64,000 nucleotides of DNA, from contig JAAYCU010000322.1 in the NCBI GenBank assembly GCA_012729595.1, positions 5,859-69,858 on the forward strand, written 5' to 3'. Below the pieces are notes generated by a model that was not told the DNA's origin, did not search any database, and saw only the letters and a program-made list of their open reading frames with translations. Both the position numbers and the translations under genes were made by a program. This stretch comes from Phycisphaerales bacterium. GTDB taxonomy: Bacteria; Planctomycetota; Phycisphaerae; UBA1845; PWPN01. Below, one piece after another: positions 57,367 through 64,000 of the stretch. The stretch's first letter is position 1. The number at the start of each line of letters is the position of its first letter.

Positions 57367-59042
57367 CGGGCCATGGCCTCCTTGGAGGAGGAGTTAAGGA
57401 TGGACCGGGTGCCTACGATTCGCTCACGGCTTTCCTCGGTTAGTTGCTGACCTGCGGTCACACCAACCACCGGCGAAGATGTGGTCGTCGACGCTGACCG
57501 GCGGGCCGCCTGTTTCCAACGATGCCGAATTCGAAAACGGTCACGCAGCCATTTTGTGTAGCGCGTTTCCTCGTGCCCGGTGAAAAGCCCCTTGCTGATT
57601 TTTGTCAGTACCCGCAGGGGATGACGCGCAATACTCAGAAGATAGAAGTTGAGATAAAGGTGGGTCATCCAGCGGTTGATCTGGCGGGCGGTCATGGACT
57701 CGGCGAAATTGAAGTGATCCGCCTTGCCGCTGTAACTGTCCATCGGACCAAGGAAAAAGGCGTCGTTCAACTCGATACGCCCGGCGGCAAGCAGTTCGTC
57801 AAAAATAACCGAGCCGGGGTAGGGGAAGAACTTGGCAACCCCCACGTCGTCCACGCCCATCCAGGCCAAGCGGCGGATTAGACGCCGGGTTCGCCGCAGG
57901 GAAACCGCACTCTCGCCCGGAAAGCCGAGCACGAAAAAACAGCTCAGGCTCAGCTTGTTCTTCAGGGCGGCACGGATCGAGGTCAACATGGCTTCCAGCC
58001 GCAGCCGTTTGTTGAACCGCTCGAGCATATCCGGGCAGCCGCTTTCCGGAGCGTAGGACATATTGCGACAGCCGGTGGCGTAAAGGGCGGCACAGACCTC
58101 TTCGTCGATGGCCTCGCAACGCGTACCAGAGGGCAGTTGCCAGGTGATACGCAGGCCGCGGCGTTGCAACTCCGCGCAGAAATCCAGGATCCATTTTTTG
58201 TTTACGATCGCGGTCAGATCCTGAAAATGGAAATCGGTCGCCCCGTAATGGCGCATGTACTGCTCGATCTCGTCGCAGATCATCCCGACATCGCGGCGGC
58301 GGTAGGTGGTGGTCCACATCCGCGGACTGCTGCAGAAAGTGCAGCGGAAGGGGCAGCCGCGGGTGCCCAGGATCGGCATGGCCCGGCCACGATTGATCCC
58401 GCTCATCTGGTTACGCTCGATATAAGCTTCAATTGGGAACAAATCCCATGCCGGCAGGGGCAGTTCGTCAATGTGGTCAGCTCGCTCGCGAGGTGGGGTA
58501 CGGATGATCCGCCCGTCGTCGCGGTACACCAGGCCGGCTATTGCGGACAGGTCATGGCCGCCCAGCAGCGCGGGCATCAGCTCGACAATCGTCCGCTCAC
58601 CCTCCCCGATCACGCAGACGTTGGCCGCGCTGGTTTGCAGAACGTGTTCGGGCACGGCCGAGGCGTGTTCGCCGCCGACGATGATCGGCAGATCCGGGCG
58701 GGACGCGGCGACGGCCTGGATAATCTCACGGGCGATCGGCCAGAGCGAGCTGAACGTGCAGCCCACGCCGACCGCATCGGTGTTATTTGGAATACGTTCG
58801 ACAATCTGAGCGGGGGTTAGACCCTGAACAAGAATATCCGGACGGGCGGCCAGCGGTGTAATCTGGTCCAGGGCCGATCCGGTCGCATCAATAACCGTGA
58901 CCTTATGACCGGCCTGCCGAACGGCAGCGGCCACATAGGCCAACCCCAGCGGCGGATTAGGCGTATGCATCTGCAAGCCGCTGGTCGTCTTGATACCCGG
59001 AGGATTGATAAAGCAAAGATGACCCATCCGTGAGTCACTCAT
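57363..59042 (-). CDS. B12-binding-domain radical SAM enzyme (class B type)
   Basis: The N-terminal Rossmann-like cobalamin-domain pattern is CFINPPG...PPLGLAYVAAAVRQAGHKVTVIDA...PIIVGGEHAS. The radical SAM cluster motif GTRGCPFRCTFCSS has CX3CX2C at 58332-58355. The start is uncertain (TTG 59099, ATG 59042 or ATG 59027). Confidence 0.85.
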   Translation of the reverse strand: MSDSRMGHLCFINPPGIKTTSGLQMHTPNPPLGLAYVAAAVRQAGHKVTVIDATGSALDQITPLAARPDILVQGLTPAQIVERIPNNTDAVGVGCTFSSLWPIAREIIQAVAASRPDLPIIVGGEHASAVPEHVLQTSAANVCVIGEGERTIVELMPALLGGHDLSAIAGLVYRDDGRIIRTPPRERADHIDELPLPAWDLFPIEAYIERNQMSGINRGRAMPILGTRGCPFRCTFCSSPRMWTTTYRRRDVGMICDEIEQYMRHYGATDFHFQDLTAIVNKKWILDFCAELQRRGLRITWQLPSGTRCEAIDEEVCAALYATGCRNMSYAPESGCPDMLERFNKRLRLEAMLTSIRAALKNKLSLSCFFVLGFPGESAVSLRRTRRLIRRLAWMGVDDVGVAKFFPYPGSVIFDELLAAGRIELNDAFFLGPMDSYSGKADHFNFAESMTARQINRWMTHLYLNFYLLSIARHPLRVLTKISKGLFTGHEETRYTKWLRDRFRIRHRWKQAARRSASTTTSSPVVGVTAGQQLTEESRERIVGTRSILNSSSKEAMAR

Positions 59043-59509
59043 CCTTGAAAATCGCGATGTCCTTGACCCGCATACACTTGCGGGACGTTGAAGGCCCAAT
59101 CCGGTAACGCGCGCAAACGTGTTACCGGCGAACCGAAAGACATGGCTGAATCGTCGGAAGTGAACGAAGGCGACTTTAGTTAACGGACCTTAAGTTGGAA
59201 ACAATAGGCAAGATATGTGAACTGTAAGATAACAGGTCCGATATTATGTACTCCTCAGCCGTGGGGGAAGATGGGCGTCAGACTGGCGGCCAGGGCTTGA
59301 ACCCGCTGGTCCTTCTGCTCCGTAATTGGCTGAAAACGGCATACCTCCTCGCGAAATCCTGGGGGGGGATCCGGCGAACCGCGAAAACACGGTTTGTTGT
59401 AGATTGTGCGGCGATCCCCTTCGAACACGTATCGCTGAAATTCGTGCATCTTGACAGATGAGGGGCTACCGCTTGATTTATCCCCCGCCGGTCCTTAGTT
59501 TAAGGCCAT

Positions 59510-60013
59510 TTGAGCGACGGACTGACCACCGAAGCGATCGCCCGCGTGGGCATCGGGACCGATCTGCACCGTCTGACCGACGGCCGCCCCTTGCTGCTGG
59601 GCCATGTGCGCATCGACCATGAGCAAGGGCTTGCCGGGCACAGCGATGGAGATGTCCTGCTGCACGCGGTCATCGACGCGATTGCCGGGGCCGCCGGTCT
59701 TCCGGACATCGGCGAGATGTTCCCGGACACGGACCAGCGGTACAAAGATGCCGACAGCGGCCGGCTGCTCGAACGGACGATGCAGGTCGCCCGGCAACAC
59801 GGCTGGGACGTGGTCAACGTGGACGTGGTCGTCCACGCGGAGCGACCCCGACTGAGCGGCTATAAGACGGCCATCCAGGCCGAGGTCGCCCGCTTGCTGG
59901 CCATCGATACGGAGCGGGTCAGCATCAAGGCCAAGACCGGCGAGGGTCTCGACGCCGTCGGGCGGGGTGAGGCCATCGGTTGCACGGCTGTCGTGGGAAT
60001 GAAGCGTATCTGA
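59510..60013 (+). CDS. ispF: 2-C-methyl-D-erythritol 2,4-cyclodiphosphate synthase
   Basis: RVGIGTDLHRLTDGRPLLLGHVRIDHEQGLAGHSDGDVLLHAVIDAIAGAAGLPDIGEMFPDTD matches the IspF metal- and substrate-binding blocks. The track start is a TTG; the true start may be a few codons downstream. Confidence 0.9.
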   Translation: MSDGLTTEAIARVGIGTDLHRLTDGRPLLLGHVRIDHEQGLAGHSDGDVLLHAVIDAIAGAAGLPDIGEMFPDTDQRYKDADSGRLLERTMQVARQHGWDVVNVDVVVHAERPRLSGYKTAIQAEVARLLAIDTERVSIKAKTGEGLDAVGRGEAIGCTAVVGMKRI

Positions 60014-60060
60014 CGAAGAAAAAACGTGGAGTACTCGTAGCCTGAGGTAGAATAAAGGAT

Positions 60061-61563
60061 ATGTCCCTGAAAGTATTCAACACGCTGACGCAAAAAAAGG
60101 AAATCTTCGAACCGGTGACGCCGGGCAAGGTGGGCATGTACGTTTGCGGCCCGACCGTCTACAAGCCGAGCCATATCGGCCACGCCGTCGGCCCGGTGAT
60201 TTTCGACACCATCAAACGTTACCTCCAATACAAGGATTACCAGGTCACCTGGGTGGTCAATATCACCGACGTAGAGGATAAACTGATCGCCGAGGCCAAG
60301 GCCCAGGGCTGCGGGGTCAAGGATCTGGCCGAGCGGATCACGGTGAACTACCTCGAGGCCATGAAGGAACTGAACGTCACCGGCATCGACCATCTGCCCA
60401 AGGCCAGCGAGTATATCGACGGCATCATCCGCATGTGCGAGCGCCTCATCGAGAAGAACGCCGCCTACGTGGTCAACGGCGACGTGTATTTCGACATAAC
60501 CGCCGACGCCGATTACGGAAAACTCTCGCACCGCAAGGCCGAGGACCAGCAATCGGGCACCCGCGACCTGGCCGGCGAGGAAAAACGTAACCCCAACGAC
60601 TTCGCCCTGTGGAAGGCGGCCAAGCCGGAAGAGCCGGACGAGGTCAAATTCGATTCTCCATGGGGCCCGGGCCGGCCCGGCTGGCATATCGAATGTTCGG
60701 TTATGAGCTGCGCCTTGCTGGGCGAGACCTTCGACATTCACGGCGGGGGGATGGACTTGATCTTCCCGCACCACGAGAACGAGATCGCCCAGTCGGAGAC
60801 CTGCCATGACAAAACCTTTGCCAAATACTGGCTGCACAACGGCCTGACCCGTTTTAATACCAAGAAAATCAGCAAGTCCGACGCCGAGATGGCCAAGCGG
60901 ATGAATGAACTGGTCCTGGGCAATCTGCTCAAGAAATATCCGGGCGAGCTGCTGCGGTTTTTCATCCTCAGCACGCAATACCGCCGCCCGATCGAATTCT
61001 CCGACGAGGAGCTGGCCGCCAAGAGCAAAGGGCTGGACGCTTTCTATCGGCTCTTCGAGCGGATGGAGCGTCTGGCCGGCGACCCCTATGCCGGCGGGCC
61101 GACTCTCGACGAACTGCACGCGACGGCCGACACCGATCCGGAAAAAGCCTTCGTTCGCGAAGTGCTCGATCTGCGTGTGCGCTTCCTCGAGGACATGGAC
61201 GACGACTTCAACACTGGCGGAGCGACGGGCACATTGTTCGAGATGGTGACGGCCATCAACCGCTTTATGGACACCCAGAATCTCGAAAGCGGCGGGGACG
61301 ACCGGGCGAAACAGTTGGCCGCCGCTGCGGTGCAGACCTTGCGCGACCTGGCCCGGATTCTCGGGTTGTTCGAGTACCGGCCGCGCCGCGAGGAAACCCC
61401 GGATCGCCTGGCCCACGAGCTTATGGATATCATGATTCGCGTGCGGGCCGAAGCCCGCAAGAGCAAACAATATGCCTTATCCGACATGATTCGCGACCAG
61501 TTGGCCGCCGCCGGCGTGACCCTGGAGGATCGGCCGGACGGCACCATCTGGCGAAGAGGTTGA
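60061..61563 (+). CDS. cysS: Cysteine--tRNA ligase
   Basis: HIGH motif (PSHIGHAVGP), the zinc-site context WGPGRPGWHIECS, and a KMSKS variant (KKISKSD). Confidence 0.95.
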   Translation: MSLKVFNTLTQKKEIFEPVTPGKVGMYVCGPTVYKPSHIGHAVGPVIFDTIKRYLQYKDYQVTWVVNITDVEDKLIAEAKAQGCGVKDLAERITVNYLEAMKELNVTGIDHLPKASEYIDGIIRMCERLIEKNAAYVVNGDVYFDITADADYGKLSHRKAEDQQSGTRDLAGEEKRNPNDFALWKAAKPEEPDEVKFDSPWGPGRPGWHIECSVMSCALLGETFDIHGGGMDLIFPHHENEIAQSETCHDKTFAKYWLHNGLTRFNTKKISKSDAEMAKRMNELVLGNLLKKYPGELLRFFILSTQYRRPIEFSDEELAAKSKGLDAFYRLFERMERLAGDPYAGGPTLDELHATADTDPEKAFVREVLDLRVRFLEDMDDDFNTGGATGTLFEMVTAINRFMDTQNLESGGDDRAKQLAAAAVQTLRDLARILGLFEYRPRREETPDRLAHELMDIMIRVRAEARKSKQYALSDMIRDQLAAAGVTLEDRPDGTIWRRG

Positions 61564-61785
61564 GAGAGCGGTCAGTGGTCAGCAATCAGAACCCCGAGCG
61601 GAAGCGAGTGGGCCGACGTGGGATGATGCATCCAGCATCGGAAAACCACCCAACTCCGACCCCGCGCTACCGCTTGGGGTTCCGATTGCATGGTCGCTAA
61701 ACTCTTACAAATGCCTGGCCCGTTGACCAGCGAACAATGATAGTGTTCGGATGATGAAATAATCGCCCGCCATGGAGGGTATGGG

Positions 61786-62337
61786 TTGACGAAAACCACG
61801 CAAATCATTTGTGGTATCGATCCCGGGCTCCGGCAAACCGGATACGGGGTTATTTGCGTCGATGCTGATGACGATTCGGCCAGAGTGCTGGACGCGGGGA
61901 TCATTCGCACGTCGGACGACGCTCCGCTGGCTGTCCGGCTCGCCGAGCTGGCCGCCGGCATCGAGGAGGTGCTAGACGAGCATCGCGTCGAGCTGCTATC
62001 CGTCGAGCAGGTCTACTCCCATTACAATCGGCCGCGGACGGCCATCCTCATGGCCCACGCTCGCGGGGTGATACTGTCGGGGGCGGCCCGCCGGGGTATT
62101 CAGGTTCTGCACCTGCCCGCCACCACGGTAAAACGCCACCTGACCGGCAATGGCCGGGCCGGCAAGGAACAGATTCAAAAAGCCGTCGCCGCCCTGCTCG
62201 GCCTGCCGACCGTACCCCAGCCACCGGATGTCGCCGATGCCTTGGCCATCGCCCTCTGCGCTACCGCCATGCTTCAACAGCCCGCCAAGCTGGCCATGAC
62301 CAACGACGCCCTGCTCAGCCCGCGAGGTGCCCGATGA
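61786..62337 (+). CDS. ruvC: Crossover junction endodeoxyribonuclease RuvC
   Basis: The TTG start has GGAGGG 8 nt upstream. Blocks: IICGIDPGLRQTGYGVI, LSVEQVYSH and PPDVADALAIALC. The stop overlaps the ruvA ATG (62334-62337). Confidence 0.9.
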   Translation: MTKTTQIICGIDPGLRQTGYGVICVDADDDSARVLDAGIIRTSDDAPLAVRLAELAAGIEEVLDEHRVELLSVEQVYSHYNRPRTAILMAHARGVILSGAARRGIQVLHLPATTVKRHLTGNGRAGKEQIQKAVAALLGLPTVPQPPDVADALAIALCATAMLQQPAKLAMTNDALLSPRGAR

Positions 62338-62972
62338 TCGTGCGCATGACCGGCACCGTCTCCGAGGTCCACGACGATTACACGGTGATCGACCATGACG
62401 GGCTAGGATACGAGGTGCTGGTTTGCGGCTACGCTCTCGGCGAGTTGAACGCCTGCCTCGGCCGGGAAGTCACTTTGCACACTCTCGAATATCTCGAGGG
62501 CAGCGCCGCCGGTGGAAATATGATCCCCCGCCTCGTCGGCTTCCTTCACGCCGAGGACCGCGCGTTTTTCAAGAAGTTCATCACGGTCAAGGGCATGGGC
62601 GTGCGCAAGGCCATCAAGGCCCTGGCCGAACCGATCGGGGGCGTGGCGGCCGCCATCGAAGCGGGCGACGCCCGGAGCCTGGCCCGGCTGCCCGGTATCG
62701 GAAAACGCGCCGCCGAGCAGATCATCGCCGAACTGAAAGGAAAGGTCGCCGACTTCGCCCTCGGAACGGTCGAGATCGCCGAGCCGGTCGGCACGACCGA
62801 GGCCTGGCCCGCCGAATTGCGCGACGCCCTGCAGGTTATGATCGCCCTCGGCGAGCGCCGGGCGGAAGGGCAGCGCTGGCTCGAACGGGCCGTGCAATTA
62901 AACCCCGGCTCGCACACCGTGGAGGATTGGGTACGGCTGGCCTACCGGGTCCGCAGCAGCAGCGAGGGATAG
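62334..62972 (+). CDS. ruvA: Holliday junction branch migration complex subunit RuvA
   Basis: MIVRMTGTVSEVHDDYTVIDHDGLGYEVLV. Helix-hairpin-helix blocks: FITVKGMGVRKAIKAL and LARLPGIGKRAAEQIIAEL. Confidence 0.9.
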   Translation: MIVRMTGTVSEVHDDYTVIDHDGLGYEVLVCGYALGELNACLGREVTLHTLEYLEGSAAGGNMIPRLVGFLHAEDRAFFKKFITVKGMGVRKAIKALAEPIGGVAAAIEAGDARSLARLPGIGKRAAEQIIAELKGKVADFALGTVEIAEPVGTTEAWPAELRDALQVMIALGERRAEGQRWLERAVQLNPGSHTVEDWVRLAYRVRSSSEG

Positions 62973-62978
62973 CGAGTT

Positions 62979-64000
62979 ATGGTTCGACAACGGGTTATTG
63001 CGTCCGATTCCGGCGGGCTCGCCGAGGATACCTTCAACGAGTCCCTGCGTCCCGAGCGTCTCGGCGACTGCGTGGGTCAGGCCCAGATTCGCGAGCAGTT
63101 GACCATCGCCCTGGAGGCCGCCCGCGGCCGCGGCGAGCCGATGGACCATGTCCTCCTGTCCGGCCCGCCGGGGCTGGGCAAGACCACCTTCGCCTACGTC
63201 ATCGCCCGCGAGATGGAAACCCGCATCAGGATCACCTCCGGGCCGGCCATCACCAAGCCCGGCGACCTGATGCAATGGCTGACCGAGATGAAACGCGGCG
63301 ACGTGCTCTTTATCGATGAAATTCACCGCCTGAGCCGCACGGTCGAGGAGTTTCTCTACTCGGCCATGGAGGATTTCCGCGTCGATTTCACCATCGACAG
63401 CGGCATCAGCGGGCGTACGGTCAATATCGCCCTGCCGCCGTTCACTCTGATCGGGGCCACGACCCGCAGCGGCCTGCTGACGGCGGCCATCCGCGACCGC
63501 TTCGGCATCCAGTTCCATTTCGACTTCTACACGCCCGAGGAACTCGCCGAGATCGTCCGCCGCTCGGCCCGCAAGTTGAAAATCCACGCGGATGAAGATG
63601 CCCTCGCTCTGATCGCCTCGCGTTCGCGGGGTACGCCGCGCGTGGCCAACCGCCTGCTCAAGCGCACTCGCGATTACGCCCAGGTCCGGGCCGACGGGCG
63701 ACTCACCCCGGCGGTGGTCGATCAGGCTCTGGATATCCTGCAGATCGACCGGCTTGGCCTCGACGACCTGGACCGCTCGTTCCTGACCGCCCTGATTAAA
63801 ATCTACCGGGGCGGCCCGGCCGGCATCGAGGCCCTGGCCGCCACCATCGGACAGGAACGCGACACCCTGGAGGACGTGGTCGAGCCCTACCTGCTCCAGA
63901 TCGGCTTCGTCATCCGCACCCGCCAGGGCCGCTGCGCCACCAAGGCCGCCTTCGACCATCTGGAAATGCCCTACACGGCCGCCCCGGCGGAAGAGAGCCA
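62979..64000 (+). CDS. ruvB: Holliday junction DNA helicase RuvB (runs to or past the right edge)
   Basis: Not in the ORF track because there is no stop in the window. From the ATG at 62979: MVRQRVIASDSGGLAEDTFNESLRPERLGDCVGQAQIREQL...HVLLSGPPGLGKTT (Walker A), LFIDEIHRL (Walker B) and TRSGLLTAAIRDRFG. Confidence 0.95.
   Translation, partial: MVRQRVIASDSGGLAEDTFNESLRPERLGDCVGQAQIREQLTIALEAARGRGEPMDHVLLSGPPGLGKTTFAYVIAREMETRIRITSGPAITKPGDLMQWLTEMKRGDVLFIDEIHRLSRTVEEFLYSAMEDFRVDFTIDSGISGRTVNIALPPFTLIGATTRSGLLTAAIRDRFGIQFHFDFYTPEELAEIVRRSARKLKIHADEDALALIASRSRGTPRVANRLLKRTRDYAQVRADGRLTPAVVDQALDILQIDRLGLDDLDRSFLTALIKIYRGGPAGIEALAATIGQERDTLEDVVEPYLLQIGFVIRTRQGRCATKAAFDHLEMPYTAAPAEES

Noticed and set aside
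59285-59312. GGTTCAAGCCC-like sequence on the minus strand resembling a tRNA T-arm
   Set aside because: The flanking bases do not form a 5-bp T-stem, and no acceptor, D or anticodon arms could be drawn. It is probably a chance similarity.
59361-59368. G8 homopolymer in the spacer between the rSAM operon and ispF, and a C8A7 run at 20609-20623 upstream of the PEP-CTERM gene, considered as phase-variation tracts
   Set aside because: In a 64-kb sequence with about 30 percent G and 30 percent C, a few 8-mers of G or C are expected by chance (on the order of several under a simple independence model). There is no evidence of length polymorphism from a single sequence.
59860-61470. 536-aa minus-strand ORF
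   Set aside because: It is antisense to cysS, which carries clear HIGH and KMSKS motifs. No motif was found in the antisense product.
62898-63959. 353-aa minus-strand ORF
   Set aside because: It is antisense to ruvB, which is not listed in the track because it has no stop in the window but shows clear Walker A and B motifs.

Overview
This is a GC-rich bacterial chromosomal window with dense coding on both strands. No rRNA, tRNA, CRISPR array or intact mobile element was recognised. All product calls come from reading the six-frame ORF translations for family motifs; no database search was possible. Many of the longest ORFs in the track are antisense shadows of real genes, which is typical of high-GC DNA (for example, those opposite groEL, cysS, ruvB and floA).

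Housekeeping genes recognised:
- tyrS, purQ, argH, groES/groEL, ispF-cysS and ruvC-ruvA-ruvB
- a 2-Cys peroxiredoxin, an aldo/keto reductase and a D-2-hydroxyacid dehydrogenase

Envelope and carbohydrate genes recognised:
- a GH29 fucosidase
- two adjacent GH78-type rhamnosidases, followed by a Tat-signal TIM-barrel enzyme
- an L,D-transpeptidase
- a VKOR-thioredoxin fusion
- a PEP-CTERM protein with an FGE/SUMF1 domain
- a transglutaminase-like protein
- a GT4 gene paired with a WaaP-like kinase gene
- an NfeD-NfeD-FloA (SPFH) operon
- a REC-GAF-HD-GYP response regulator

This gene content loosely suggests a Planctomycetota/PVC-like organism, which is inference only.

The most unusual locus is a tightly coupled six-gene minus-strand operon (49576-59099). 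It encodes:
- a B12-type radical SAM enzyme
- three polytopic GT-C-like membrane proteins
- a SAM-methyltransferase/GT2 fusion
- an SDR epimerase in which the expected YxxxK motif reads FxxxK

I interpret it as a candidate uncharacterised pathway that modifies the envelope using polyprenyl-phosphate-linked sugars.

Secondary points of interest:
- a BolA/IbaG-like ORF inserted between groES and groEL
- an AT-rich islet (about 44.7-46.6 kb) holding a secreted PhnP/PqqB-like MBL hydrolase, a decayed IS200/RayT-type transposase and a small membrane ORF
- a translationally coupled rnk / 208-aa / 68-aa gene string
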